The translations under genes were made by a program, and so were the position numbers. The notes under the pieces are model-generated. The model ran no database searches. It saw nothing but the letters and a program-made list of their open reading frames with translations, and was not told the origin of the DNA. A stretch of DNA of 64,000 nucleotides, taken from positions 166,594,001 to 166,658,000 of the forward strand of contig OX597816.1 of the NCBI GenBank assembly GCA_951406725.2, given 5' to 3'. Source of the DNA: Octopus vulgaris (Eukaryota). Positions 12,075-25,975 of this stretch are shown here, piece by piece. Position 1 is the stretch's first letter; every line of letters begins with the position of its first letter.

Positions 12075-13430
12075 ATATATGAATAAATGAAAGAATGGAG
12101 TCGAACGAAGATGTTAACAAAATTCCTTTACTCTCGACATATGTTTCGAAGATAACATGGTTTCATTCCAAAGGAATAAAGGGTGCATTATGCAATCTTC
12201 TCATCAGGAAAGAAAGGGAGCCTCTCTCGACAACAAGACAAACAAAAATTTCGATGACTGCCTACATGGTAAACAAAACGATAATGAGTGTTTTTAAAAA
12301 AACCGTTAGAAGAATTGACGTCAAAGATAGATAGTAGGAAGAGAAGGGTTAAAGGAATAATAGGTAGGGAACAAGTGGAGAGGGAAGGGTACGTTGATTG
12401 AAAGAATGTTCGAAGGCTTAGGAAAGAATTTTGCTATTGAAGTGGAGTGCACGTTAAGCTAATTGTTCAAACCACAGTGACTATCGTTATCATTTATATG
12501 AGTAGAAAGTATGTTTCTGCCAGTGTTTACATTTGTATAACTTTTCTATGAGTGTGTTTACAAGGGGAACCTTAGAGAAGAGAACTCTTCCATATTCTCT
12601 TCTCTAAGAACGAGAAGCAGTTGAGTGGGAGGACAAGTTTGGCCAGACGAACGAGTGTGGATGTGTTAGGTTAGGGGTTGGGTCGAAGGTCAAGGAAATG
12701 CTGGAGTGCACGCAGCTCTTCGTGGTGAGGGATCACCGAGTAAAGGCTCTATGTCGAGGGTGAAGAGACGTTTAGAGGGACCAGGTGGGAAGGAGAAAGA
12801 GTTGAATAAACGAAGCGCGTGGTTGGTGTCATGGATGTAAGAGGGGAGGGAAGCCACTAGGGGAGGACACGGTTAAGATATCTGGAGATGAGTTCGGTAG
12901 GGCAGTTGCAGGCAGAGGCGGCCAGGGTTGTTAGGTTTGTGGATTTGGGGGAGGGAGTAAATGATGGGGGTGCGAGGGATGCGGACAATGAGGCTGGAGA
13001 TGGTGGGGGAGATGGGAGGAGGAGATGAGGTCATGGATAGTGGAGGACACAGTCTGTTGGTAGCTGGGCGTGGGTTCAGAAGGCAAAGGGCAGTAGAAGG
13101 CGGTGTCTTGAAGTTGGCGGAGAGCTTCGGCCTTGTAGAGGTCCACGCGCCACACCACGGCTCCACTCTTGTTGCACAGGGGCCATCCGGACTCCCGCTT
13201 GCGTCGTGAACAGGGATTAATCTTCTCTCTTCGCTCCTTTGCACCAGATGGGCTCAACTCTCATCCCCTCGCCTCTCTCCCCCTCACACCTACGTCCTCC
13301 CACCCACCTCTCCTCTCTTACTCCGACTCCTACTTCTTCTCTTCACTCCTACTCTCCTTCTCATCGCTTCACTTCTACCCACCTTCTCCTTTCTCCCTTC
13401 ATCGTGACCCCTCCCTCATAAGCCCACCCT
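12075..13430 (-). mobile_element. Decayed Penelope-like retroelement: RT fragment plus downstream terminal-repeat region
   Basis: NKSGAVVWRVDLYKAEALRQLQD..FY, YSLPQIHKPNNPGR, LPSYIHDTNHAL, LFTLDI..LYSVIPH and LVRLAKLVL..NCFSF. A same-strand hammerhead lies downstream. Confidence 0.85.
12131..12212 (-). ncRNA. Type I hammerhead ribozyme motif (Penelope-associated)
   Basis: Minus strand CUUUC-CUGAUGA-GAAGA...UCUUC-GAAA-CAUAUG-UC^GAGAG: canonical core, 5-bp stems I and II, palindromic stem III, GUC triplet. Confidence 0.85.
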
Positions 13431-13436
13431 ACACAC

Positions 13437-13467
<31 letters not shown>

Positions 13468-13777
13468 TGTATGTATGTAGAATGTTGAAAAGGAACACAC
13501 GAGTTAATATACATGGAAAAAAGTCAAGGTGGAAAATGCTAAAATAATTTTATAAAAAGCATTTCAGTACCGGTTTCAGTCATTGAGACTTTTTGTACTG
13601 TAAGTATGAAAAACAATTACATCTTAGAAATATTAAAAGAAAAGTTTTTTAATAGAATATTTGCATAGTATTCAAACACAAGGGGCATTTTCCTTGTTTA
13701 TGTCTGTCTCTGTCTCTGTCTCTGTCTCTCTTGTTTACTCTTGTGGGTTCGAGGTCGTTGTGAATTCTTGACAGGGA

Positions 13778-14005
13778 AGGAGAAGAAGAAGAAGAAGAAG
13801 AAGAAAAAGAAGAAGAAGAGGAGGAGGAGGAGGAGGAAGAAGAAGAAGAAGAAGAAGAAGAAGAAGAAGAAGAAGAAGAAGAAGAAGAAGAAGAAGAAAG
13901 AGAAGAAGAAGAAGAAAAAGAAGAAGAAGAAGAAGAAGAAGAAGAAGAAGAAGAAGAAGAAGAAGAAGAAGAAGAAGAAGAAGAAGAAGAAGAAGAAGAA
14001 GAAGA
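13778..14005. repeat. (GAA)n purine tract
   Basis: Direct reading. Confidence 0.95.
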
Positions 14006-14130
14006 ATCCTTGGCGGGATTTGAACTCAGACTGTTATTAATCCCGAAAGGAATCTGAAATTAGAATGTAAAGAGCCGGAAGAAATACCACTAAGCATTTT
14101 GTGCAGCGTGTTAAGGAATATATAGAAAAA

Positions 14131-14426
14131 CTAGCAGTATCGCCCGGCGTTGCTCGGGTTTGTAAGGGAAATAACTATATAAGCATTTTTAGAGAGTTAC
14201 TTCCCTTATATAATAGCGAAAAAATGCATTAAAATGGAAAAACTGATGGTAAATTTTTTTTAAATCGTAGACTCATCGTAGACGCGCGCTAATACCCAGA
14301 AGGGCTCGATATGAATCACGACTATAAGATACCCGGTTTTGGTTAAACTGCACCGCAAAATGTGGGAGTAGTTAGGAATCTAAATCGTAGGAGACAGACA
14401 CACAACCTCTCTTTTATATATAAAGA
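14131..14426 (-). mobile_element. Complete 296-bp non-autonomous Helitron
   Basis: Minus strand A|TCTTTATATA...CCCGAGCAACGCCGGG..CTAG|T: TC start, hairpin plus CTAG end, inserted between A and T. Confidence 0.9.
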
Positions 14427-15071
14427 TTAATAGCTGTATTTCATTATGCAATACTATATATTACCATGCATATTAAAGGCTTATAAGTCAATTGTGTCTC
14501 ACCTTTTAGCAGTGTTTTTAATTAAAAGTGAATGCAGAAAACCTTAGTTTAACGGATGGTATGACGAATTTAAGTAATGATAACAGTTAAATAAGTATTC
14601 ATGTTGCAGCGTTCTGGTTTAAATTGATAAAGAATAATGTCAATTAATATGGTTGTGTTTCTGATCCCAACAGCGTTTAAGTTACTGTGATGAAACTGAC
14701 AAGGCGAGGAAACAATATTTCCAACAAACATCATAATAACGTTAAATCAATAGCGTTTTACGCAATTTGCATAAATTTACATAAAGTTGTTATAATATAT
14801 ATTTTTTGCAACAAGATATATGAGGACATGACCTGACTGGGTTAATGGGAGCCGTCTTTAAGATATTTATTAGTCTTTGTGGGAAATAAAAGATAGGTTA
14901 ATAAAAGATAATTATTTTATTCTGGTTAAGAAACACATTAACAGTACACCTACATGTGTCGCGGCAATATTTAACAGATTGGCACTAATATTTAATGAGG
15001 AAGTCGTTTAGTTGATTGTATAACTGAAAGACTCCATTATATGTATAATTTAATATAATATAATATGATAT

Positions 15072-15432
15072 ATCAGGTTGAGTAACAAGTAAGCAATGTT
15101 TTGAAACATGAAATTCATTACAATATATTCCAGCAATGCGGAAATTTTATTCATCAAATTAAGTACTATTACAATCAACACATTTTTGCCAGCAAGTGAC
15201 AAGTTTGTTTATTCCGGTAACATAAAAATCTGGAGCTCTGGAGCTGTTGAAAATCTTTGAACGCACATTCACCATTGGTTTGGTTTTTGAACTCCTTCTC
15301 CCGCAGGAAACTAATCAAGGTGCTTGAAAAAGTGATAGGCGGTAGGAGAAAGGCTTGGGGGAATAAGCTGGGTAGGGAAGAACTTCGTAGCCAAGCCCCC
15401 TCAACTTCTGGAGCGTCGTTAGTGAAACGTGT
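15072..15432 (-). mobile_element. Mariner transposase 3' fragment with right terminus
   Basis: LGYEVLPYPAYSPSLSPTAYHFFKHL (YSPDLAP-like) and FYVTGINKLVTCWQKCVD. The end is adjacent to TA. Confidence 0.85.
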
Positions 15433-15774
15433 ATGAACAAAACCAAACGAAAAAAAAAATGATATTGTGAGAAAAACTTACCTAAAAAAAGCAGCAGTCA
15501 TATTTGAAAGTAAAATTTCAAGCGATGTATTCATAGAAGCGTTCGAGCACCGAACGATGTTTTGTGGTGTTTAAACTGTGTCTTATTCTCTGAGTTCAGT
15601 TACTACTAAAATCAACATTGCATTTCATCCCCTCCGGCGTCTATATATAGGGTACCAGTCTAGGATGGCAGAAGCGTTTGAGCACCGAGTGAAATATCTC
15701 TCGGTATTTAATCTATGTTTATTACGTTCAGTTACTGGCGAGGTTAATTTTCTACAGTCAATATATAAAGTACC

Positions 15775-16540
15775 GTGAATTTTGTTGATAAGTTCACGTA
15801 CCTCGGTAGCACACTTTCCAGATCTATGAACATTGACGATTGAGTCGACACGCGCAACAACAATGGAAGCTCAGCATTTGAGCGGCTACGTGACCTAGTG
15901 TGGAGGAGAAGAGTCACTAGGCTGGCCACCATGTTAAAGATGCATCAAACATTTGAACTGCCTACATCTGTACATCTGCGTACATATGCTGTACATCTGC
16001 GAGACTTGGACGATTTATGAACGCCAATGTTAAAAAACTAAACCGCATGAAATGCCAAGAAAGCTATTGAAAATCACCTGGCAAGACAAGGTCCCAGACA
16101 CACTGCTGAGGAGAGGTGGACAGGCCACCTTGTTCTAATGTCTGAAATACGACTCACCAAGTGACAGTTTTACAGCGAACTGGCGGAACGCAAGCGCACG
16201 CAAGGTGGACAGTAAAAGCCCTTCAAGGAGACACACTGAAGAGCTTTGAGACAAAACCCCGACACCTGGGAAGCGCATAAGCACGACTACCTTGCTTGGC
16301 AAAGCTGCACCAACGGGGTACCACCTCCTAAGAACTGAATAGGATTGCAAGGACAGAAAGAGAACGTGAACTGCGCAAGTCCAGAGCCAACTCCTCGTCT
16401 TCAGCCCCAAAAGACCATTAGTGCCCGACCTGCAGCAGAGCCTTACGAGAACACATCGGACTGACTGGCCACGGCCGGACACACTGCGCCTCTTCTCTCA
16501 TGTATTGTCCTCGGCCATCGTCGACAAGGACGGACGAGTA
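15775..16540 (+). mobile_element. Decayed RTE-clade LINE 3' portion
   Basis: VDKFTYLGSTLS, SSAFERLRDLVW, CETWT and I.WQDKVPD motifs. RTE-like tail gccatcgtcgacaaggacggacgag. Confidence 0.8.
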
Positions 16541-16884
16541 AACCAGTCTAGAGTAATGGTGAACCGGCTTTATCATAAAAGTTTGTAATTGCATACTTCC
16601 AACTGGTCGAGTCTGTATATTCCACTACACTTAATCGCCGCAGGACTTTGTGAGAGATCAATAAAATATTTTCCAAGAAGATCTTTTTCGAGGAATTGTA
16701 GTAAATGAGCCATGCACAGACCTGCTCTTACTTTTCAAATAGAACAGCTTTCCATCCGGTGGCCAAGAATGACTTGCCAATCAGAAAGTGTACGGCCCTC
16801 AAGTTTTAAATTACAACCTTAAATTTATTATTTATCAAATATATATTCAAATTAATTTCAATACTTTATATACAACTCTCAACT

Positions 16885-17290
16885 GTGGTCACCCAGCAAT
16901 GTTAAGCCAGGAAGATTCCATCAATAGAACAGCTGAGCTACTGAGCAAGACGGAGAGAAACACGACTCTACTCCCAGGAGCGAAGACGGGAGAGCTATGC
17001 ATTGACATACGTATGGGAGATCGAGGAGGAATCGGCACTAAACTTTGGCACCGAAATCTATATCAGCTTCCGAACTGGACGTCACTGCATTTTTGCAAAG
17101 GTCCCAGAACCATGTACTGAAATAAGCCGGGGATTTAAAGGCTCACAGCTTTTTTAATATCTTGCTAAAACCTCCGAGAGATCTACATGGAGTAGATGTG
17201 GATGTTTTCAAGTAGCAACTTGACTTCCTGCTATCCAAGGTCTCAGATGTGACTACATCACGGCAAGAAATACCAAAGAAGGTAGCAACG
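16885..17290 (+). mobile_element. CR1-type LINE 3' fragment (second partial copy at about 18921-19095)
   Basis: LYSQERRRE and GFKGSQLFNIL..RDLHGVDVDVFK.QLDFLL..V.D. Homologous to 44302-44565. Confidence 0.75.
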
Positions 17291-17828
17291 CTGCCGGGGA
17301 TCGAACTCACGACCTTACGATCATGCGCCGAATACCCTAACCACTAAGCCACGCGCCTTTACAAAAACAGCAATAACAATTGCGTTTCATATAAATCTTT
17401 TGCAATCTCTTGCATAATTTGCATATATAGAAAAGAATTCAGTCAGAATAAAAGGCGCACAGTATAAATCATTGTAGGAGAGGAGATTGCCTGAACGAGA
17501 TCTAAACAGGTGATAACCGGTTAGAGGGAAATATTCATTGAAGCTTCTAATGAATTTTAATTAAATGATAGAGCAGTTAGGGTGAAACATTGTGTGATGT
17601 TGGATTAGATTAAAACTTGTTGAAGGGTGAAACAATACAAAATGAAGTACCGAAGGGAAAACAGAAAAAAAAAACAGTTCATGTTTTGTGTTGTATTTCT
17701 TCACAGCACAAAATCTACACGAAGTAGAATTGTTACTATGACAACGCTAGTCAACGCATGTCAGTAACCACTCCAACATATCTGAGCAACGATGACAATT
17801 CTATACAATCTCCTATTTCTCTATGTAT

Positions 17829-18241
17829 CTTTACTCTTTTACTCTTTTACTTGTTTCAGTCATTTTGACTGCGGCCATGCTGGAGCACCGCCTTTAATCG
17901 AGCAACTCGACCCCGGGACTTATTCTTTGTAAACCCAATACTTATTCTATCGGTCTCTTTTGCCGAACCGCTAAGTTACGGGGACATAAACACATCAGCA
18001 TCTGTTGTCAAGCAATGCTAGGGGAACAAACACAGACACACAAACATATACACACACATACATATATATACATATATACGACGGGCTTCTTTCAGTTTCT
18101 ATCTACCAAATCCACTCACAAGGTTTTGGTCGGCCCGTGGCTATAGTAGAAGACACTTGCCCAAGATGCCACGCAGTGGGACTGAACCCGGAACCATGTG
18201 GTTGGTAAACAAGCTACTTACCACACAGCCACTCCTGCGCC
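17829..18241 (-). mobile_element. Full-length tRNA-derived SINE family A with internal (CA)n/(TA)n tract
   Basis: Head ggcgcaggagtggctgtgtggtaag...ccgggttcagtccc (A/B boxes) and tail ggcggtgctccagcatggccgcagtc..gactgaaacaagtaaaagag. Confidence 0.9.
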
Positions 18242-18396
18242 TGGATCTATCTTTAGCATTTTTTTTGCATAACATTCAAAGATGCGTGAGACTCTTGTTG
18301 CCTGTTTTACCTACTTTTCTTACTATAGGTATGTTCTCCGGTCTTTAATTTTTTCTATACGTCCAGCGATCCTCTAATGTGTCTATATATTTATGA

Positions 18397-18724
18397 GTGA
18401 GGGCGCGTGGCTTAGTGGTTAAGGGCATTCGGCTCATGATCGTAAGGTCGTGAGTTCAATTCCCGGCGGCGCGTTGTGTCCTTGAGCAAGACACTTTATT
18501 TCACGTTACTCCAGTCCACTCAGCTGGCAAAAATGAGTAATACCTGTTTTTCAAAGGGCCAGCCTTGTCACACTCTGTGTCACGCTGAATCTCCCCGAGA
18601 ACTGCGTTAAGGGTACACGTGTTTGCGGAGTGCTCAGCCACTTGCACGTTAATTTCACGAGCAAGCTGTTCCGTTGATCGCATCAACTGGGACCCACATC
18701 GTCGCAACCGACGGAGTGCTCTTC
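18397..18724 (+). mobile_element. Full-length tRNA-derived SINE family C
   Basis: A box tggcttagtgg and B box gagttcaattc. Candidate TSD atatttatga at 18387 and 18725. Confidence 0.85.
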
Positions 18725-20005
18725 ATATTTATGAATATGTAACTATATATTTAACCTTTTTTTAACCTGTTACATTTCAGTTATTTTATATCTTAATATC
18801 TTTTCTGTCATTACAAACAATGATCTTCCAGCGTACGCTTATAAGTTTATGTTTGTGTGTATTTATGCAAGTACTCAGGGCTATACTTTTATACTTGCAT
18901 TGTACGGATGTATTCGTTTGTAAACTGGACATCATTGCATTTTTGCAAAGTTCCCAGCCATCCCGCCTAGAGAACCATGTACTGCAATAGCCTAGGATTT
19001 AAATGCTCACAGCTATTTAATATCTCGCCAAAACATCTGAGAGATCTGCATGGAGTAGATGTGGATGTTTTCAATTCGCAACTTGATATCCTGCTGTGCG
19101 TGTATATGCATATGTAAGGAATACATCTCTATATGTTTGTATGCTTGGTCGTATGTACACCGAAGAATACATACATACATACATACATACATACATACAT
19201 ACATACATACATACATACATACATACATACATACATACATGATCGACTCTGTATGTATGTGTGTGTATGTATGTATGTATGTATGTACGTATGTATGTAT
19301 GTATGTATGTATGTATGTATGTATGTGTGTGTATGTATGTATGTATGTATGTACGTATGTATGTATGTATGTATGTATGTATGTATGTTGCGAACTTTAT
19401 TTTGAATTCCAAGTATTGACTGGATAATCATTTGTTTACTTCAAAGAGCCAATTATTTGAAAATATTTTGTTTGATGTAATATCTAATGGTTGTTTGGTT
19501 ATTTTTAGCTTATTTATATTGTTTATAGATTAATTTTTTCATATGCAAGTATCTTAAAGCTGCTCTTGCCTAGAATTTATCATATTATACTCTGATGTAA
19601 AAATTCGATAAAATCTCCTATGCATAGATCACATTTATTTGTCCTTGGTCTCTAAAATTTAGCGGTACTAATTAGTTCCCAGTTGATAGTATAGTCCTTA
19701 TTTCTATTTTTAATAGACCAGATTAATTTACTTAGATTTGTTTGGAATTTTTTATTTCTATCTTCAAACAAATTTAAATGATTATCAGTCTATTTTTGAA
19801 AATAAGTGAAGTGGCATCGATGTAAAAGTATTCAGTTCCTGCGTGTAACTTTACATCTATATACTCACATTTTTTGGTTTGCATTTATTATCGACAGAGC
19901 ATGAGTATTATTTTGAACAATTGCAGAGATTATTTTGTATATTTCGATTCAGATTTCTTATTAGTTTGATTGTTATGGGTAAAACCAAACTCATTTATCT
20001 TTAAT

Positions 20006-20199
<194 letters not shown>

Positions 20200-20458
20200 T
20201 AACAATACAAAAATTCAAATAGAACGAAACGCTGCAAATATAACCATCGCGGAAAGGGAAACAATCCCGTTTAATCAAATAAACGACGTTGAACCTAATA
20301 AAATTCCGCTAGAAAGAGAGGTAATATAACGTTATTATATGAACGTGTAAATAGTAAACCTTATAAACGTTATCTTCACTGTTAGATGGAGAAGAAAAAA
20401 AAGAAGTACATTTTGTTAAAAATTGAATTTAGCTTAATTAATTTAAGTCTCCGGTTAT

Positions 20459-20506
20459 GTCGTGCTGACGAGTCCAAAAAGAGGATGAAATAGTGCTATT
20501 CACGAC
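20459..20506 (+). ncRNA. Minimal type I hammerhead ribozyme motif
   Basis: GUCGUG-CUGACGA-GUCC-aaaaaga-GGAU-GAAA-UAGUGCUA-UU^CACGAC: 6-bp stem I, 4-bp stem II, near-palindromic stem III, AUU triplet. Confidence 0.8.
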
Positions 20507-21860
20507 TAAAGGACCTATTCTCATGGAAAAGAAGAAAAAACAAATGAATTATATAGAAATTTATGTACGTACTTCACTCGATATATACCATCGAGAAGCA
20601 ATTCTCTCCCCTTAAGTATGTGTCAAGTGCAACCATGTGAATAATCAATATGTACTCTACAAAAAGTACACAGGAATTCATTTTTACGTAAACTGCTTTT
20701 GTTATAACTTAGTATTAAATCAAACGCTCATTCATGCATGCATGCATTCAAACATACGTTTATACTTTCAGACACGTTCGTACCCCCCCCCCCCACACAC
20801 ACACACATGTAGACATACATAAATATATACACTAACACATACATACCTCTCACCACCACACACATATATAAAATGTAGTGGAATCGATCAATTCGCCATG
20901 TTAAATATTGTTCAAAATAATACTCATGCTCTGTCGATAATAAATGCAAACCAAAAAATGTAGTATATAGATGTAAAGTTACACGCAGGAACTGAATACT
21001 TTTACATCGATGCCACTTCACTTATTTTCAAAAATAGACTGATAATCATTTAAATTTGTTTGAAGATAGAAATAAAAAATTCCAAACAAATCTAAGTAAA
21101 TTAATCTGGTCTATTAAAAATAGAAATAAGGACTATACTATCAACTGGGAACTAATTAGTACCGCTAAATTTTAGAGACCAAGGACAAATAAATGTGATC
21201 TATGCATAGGAGATTTTATCGAATTTTTACATCAGAGTATAATATAATAAATTCTAGGCAAGAGCAAGCTTTAAGATACTTGCATATGAAAAAATTAATC
21301 TATAAACAATATAAATAAGCTAAAAATAACCAAACAACCATTAGATATTACATCAAACAAAATATTTTCAAATAATTGGCTCTTTGAAGTAAACAAATGA
21401 TTATCCAGTCAATACTTGGAATTCAAAATAAAGTTCGCAACATACATACATACATACATACATACGTACATACATACATACATACATACACACACATACA
21501 TACATACATACATACGTACATACATACATACATACATACACACACATACATACATACATACATACATACATACATACATACATACATACATACATACATA
21601 CATACATACATACATACATACGAGCACATTCAGACACTCATGCATATAAATAATTTGAACCTCTATATTGATCTTCAACATTTCTGATTAAACCGTGGAA
21701 TATCCGCGGGTCGGCTAGTATTCACTTAATATGAATATTCATACAGTCTTTCTGTTTCTATCTCTCACCCCCCCACTCTCTCTGTATATACATACGTACA
21801 TATATATATGTATATATATGTATATATATATGTATATATATGTATATATATATGTATATG

Positions 21861-21902
<42 letters not shown>

Positions 21903-21907
21903 TATAC

Positions 21908-21972
<65 letters not shown>

Positions 21973-22743
21973 TATATGTATGTATGTATGTATATATAAA
22001 TCAACAGAAAAAGAAATTAGTTAATGTTAGACAAGAATTTAAAAGTCAGAAGGTTTCTGTTGCTATCATCACTGGAAATACATCGAAGATTGCTCAGGTG
22101 ATAGAATATAAGATTAGCATGTGCTGTTTATCTTTCTCGTCGAACACATCCGCAGCGAGACAAAACACCAACTGTGAGGACAGGAAAATTTATTTCTTTT
22201 GCTAGAAACCTCAATAAATATTTATTTGCGTTGGGTAACGGCGGCATTCATTTAAAAAGTGTGCGTTGAAAAGGCTCGATATTATCTTTGATTCTGCTCT
22301 TTCGAAAAAAGACAAAACCAAAGTTATTACGGTAAAGTACTGCACACTAAAGAAATATTCTGTACATCTTGGAATATTTTTGAATGAGAAAATGTCACCA
22401 TTATGGTGTTCTTAACCATATAGATGTCAGGTGTAAAGGTACGTGCGTTCTTAAATTATTTTACACATTTCTGCTTTACTGGAGAATGTAACTTAAAAAA
22501 AAAAAACATTTGTAAGAATGTATCATAAGTGTGGAATCGCCTTTACTGTGTAAGATGTTTTTCAACACTTCTAGTTGAAAATTCTTGTTTCACCATTTTC
22601 ATACCAACTCGCTCGTTTTGCGATATAAACTTCTTATTTTAAAGAGGTTTAAATTAAAATCTTGTCTGAAAATTTTATGTTGATCTATGTCTCAAACACC
22701 AGCTTAATAATGACAACGTTATTTTACTAAATTCTTCATTACT

Positions 22744-22909
22744 TAGGTGTAGGAGTGGCTGTGTGGTAAATAGCTTGCTTACCAGCCACATGGTTCCGGG
22801 TTCAGTCCCACTGCGATGGCACCTTGGACAAGTGTCTTCTACTATAGCCTCGGGCCGACCAAAGCCTTGTGAGTGGATTTGGTAGACGGAAACTGAAAGA
22901 AGCCTGTCG

Positions 22910-22942
<33 letters not shown>

Positions 22943-22981
22943 GTATCTATGTGTGTGTATATGTTTGTGTGTCTGTGTTTA
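22744..22981 (+). mobile_element. SINE family A, 5' half
   Basis: Matches the head and body of 17829-18241 and ends after the internal microsatellite. Confidence 0.85.
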
Positions 22982-24040
22982 CTACTCAACAAGTAGTAAA
23001 TACAAAAAAGTACAACAGTGATATAATATGTTTGATGTGATGAAGTGGAGAGAGATTTAAGGTTTGTTGTTGAGATGACGATGAGAAGTCCGTTTAACCA
23101 GGAAGGATGCAAGTCACAAACAGGGCCCTTCATATTGTGATGAAGTGAAGGGATTTTTATATTTCAAAAAGGACACTTCTTAACGAAATGAAACTGGGAT
23201 GTTTAGCATTTCAGGCGGAGCCCTTCTTTCAGTAATGAATTGGAGAGATTTGAAGTCACAGACAAAGCCCTTACTGCTGAGATAAAATGGAGAGATCTGA
23301 AGTTTCTGATGGGGTCTTTCGGTAGAGCCTGTCTTAATGTAATGAAAAGAATTCGCATTCATCAGGTAGGATCTTTCTGGTTGTGGCGAAGAAGGGGGAG
23401 ATCTGAAGTTTAAATTTTGGACGTCGACATTATACTGAGATGAACGTGAGGGAGATTTAATATTTAAGACAGGGCCATACTTGTTGTGACAAAATGTGGA
23501 AGCCTTATGCTCTAAGAACGATGTGGAAGATCTGAAGGCCGATGTTGAACTATTCTGGCTATTTTGAAAGCGGAGGGTGTTTGAGGTAAGGTTGTTCTTA
23601 ATAGGATGAAAGTGGAGGAGATACACGGTGAAAGACATGGGAGATCTTCTAAAATAAGCTTATCTTTACTGGTTGGAGGTAGAATTAAAGTGAACATTCT
23701 TCATGTTGTGATAAAAAGAATGAAAAGGCATCTACTGTTTCAACTAGGATCTTTAATATATTTTTTTAATATTTCGGATACGAAACCTCAGAACCATCTT
23801 CATCACAGCAAACTAATATATTATACCTCTTTGTTTTTCTTTAGTGTTCTACAAATGCAACGCTGAAAAATACTGCAACTTGCTAATTAGTCTAGGTATC
23901 CTAGTTAAAATCAGGTGTATAACGGAAAAAGTATGTTCTAAAAAGAAATGTATTTTTATACAGAAAAATGATTATACTGTGTGGTAGATTATGTAATTGT
24001 TTTCGTACACTTATTGACAAATCTAAATTACAAAATGATT

Positions 24041-24086
<46 letters not shown>

Positions 24087-24403
24087 ATATATAGATAGAC
24101 AGACAGACAGACAGACAGATAGAGAGATAGCACTCTAATTCAAAGAAAGAGAGAGTTGGTATTCCTGATTCTGAATGCATTAAGGATCCATGGGATACAA
24201 CTACAATCCGAATGAATTATTTTTTCTTATCGTTGTAAGCCTACATCTGTTACAGAATAAGACTGGGTGTGGGTTTGTATGTGTGTGTTTGTGTGTGTGT
24301 GTGTTTGTGTGTGAGTGTGTATGTTTGCGTGCGCGCAAGCGTGTGTATGTCTATACTTACTCATATGCATATATACATATCTATTTGTCTATGTACCTCA
24401 CTA

Positions 24404-24459
<56 letters not shown>

Positions 24460-24555
24460 CAGATAAATCGAGAGAGAGAGAGTGAGACACACACACACAC
24501 ACACACACACATATGTACACGCAGACATGTACAAATATAGACTGAAAGAGAGAGG

Positions 24556-24606
<51 letters not shown>

Positions 24607-24915
24607 GGACAGACAGACAGATAAAAGTATATCAAATTCCACACAACACATTCTCGATTTATTAAAATTATCTCCGCCTCAAGAGACTGTATCGTAATTT
24701 CAAAATGGCCAGTTCCACATGAGAAGAGAAGATAATATCAAGATTAAAGAATTTTCCATATTTGACATTCCATGAAGGAAAAGTGCAGTCTTTTTGCTTG
24801 AAGATAAGAGGACAGTGCGGATACGTGTTTCTGCCTCAATAAGTGTCATCATCACGACAATTGTCCCAGGTCATCTCCAGTAGACAAAGGATTTAGACAT
24901 ATACAAGAAGTAGAA

Positions 24916-25146
24916 AGGCGGCGAGCTGGCAGAAACGTTAGCACGCCGGACGAAATGCGTAACCGTATTTCGTCTGCCGTTACGTTCTGAGTTCAAATTC
25001 CGCCGAGGTCAGCTTTGCCTTTCATCCTTTTGGGGTCGATAAATCAAGTACCAGTTAAGCACTGGGGTCGATGTAATCGATTTAATCCGTTTGTCTGTCC
25101 TTGTTTGTCCCCTCTAAGTTTAGCCCTTTGTGGGTAGTAAAGAAAT
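24916..25146 (+). mobile_element. SINE family B, full length
   Basis: ggcggcgagctggcagaaacgttagcacgccgg...gagttcaaattccgccgagg...tgggtagtaaagaaa. Confidence 0.9.
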
Positions 25147-25269
25147 ATATATAAGGAGTTGAAGATATTTATGGTCTAAGTAATTTGCACAATTTAAACA
25201 AAAATGAGTTAAGAGAAATAACTCAGAGAGACCAATGGCATATATTTGAACAACATTGAAAAATAACTG

Positions 25270-25590
25270 ACACTCCGTCGGTCACGAGGGTGACCATTCC
25301 AATTGATCAGATCGACTGAACAGCCTGCTAGTGAAATTAACGTCCAAGGGGTTGAGCACTCCACAGATACATGTACCCTTATCGTAGTTCTCAGGGTGAT
25401 TCAGCGTGTCACAGGGTGTAAGAAGACTGGTTCTTTCAAATACAGGTACAACTTGTTTTTTTCAGCTGAGCTGAGAGGAGCAACGTAAAATAGTGTCTTG
25501 CTCAAAGACGCAACGCGTCGCCAGGAATTGAACTCACGATCTTACGATCGTAAGCCGGATACCTCGACCAGTAAGTCACGCACCTTCACT
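25270..25590 (-). mobile_element. SINE family C
   Basis: Reverse-complement match to 18397-18724. Confidence 0.85.
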
Positions 25591-25779
25591 ACATAGACAA
25601 ATACAGGTATATCAAATACTATACAACATAAATTCATGATTTATTGATTTCAAATGTTGGCACAAGGCCAGCAAGTTCGAGGAGGGGACAAGTCGATTAC
25701 TGGTACTTATTTTTATCGATCCCAAAATGATGAAAGGCAAAGTCGACCACGGCGGAATTTGAACTCTGAACGTTTAGAC

Positions 25780-25975
25780 CAGTGGTCCCTAACCTGTGGT
25801 CCGCAGACCCCTGGTGGTCCGCATAGGTAGTACTTGGAGTCCGTGAACTAAATTAAAAATGTCATACACACACACACACACACACACATAAAGATAAGCA
25901 TATTAAAAGGGGTCCGTGAGAAAACTCATTTAACTAGAAGAGCTCCTTGGTTTTGAAAAAAGTTGGGAACCACAG
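25780..25975. mobile_element. hAT (Charlie-like) MITE inserted into a SINE-B copy
   Basis: TIRs cagtggtccctaacct / aagttgggaaccacag and 8-bp TSD gtttagac / gtttggtc. The SINE-B sequence resumes on both sides. Confidence 0.8.

Noticed and set aside
18400-18475. tRNA gene candidates at SINE heads (also about 17290-17360, 39835-39905, 60255-60325)
   Set aside because: A and B boxes are present, but they continue into SINE bodies or are truncated SINE heads without a complete cloverleaf.
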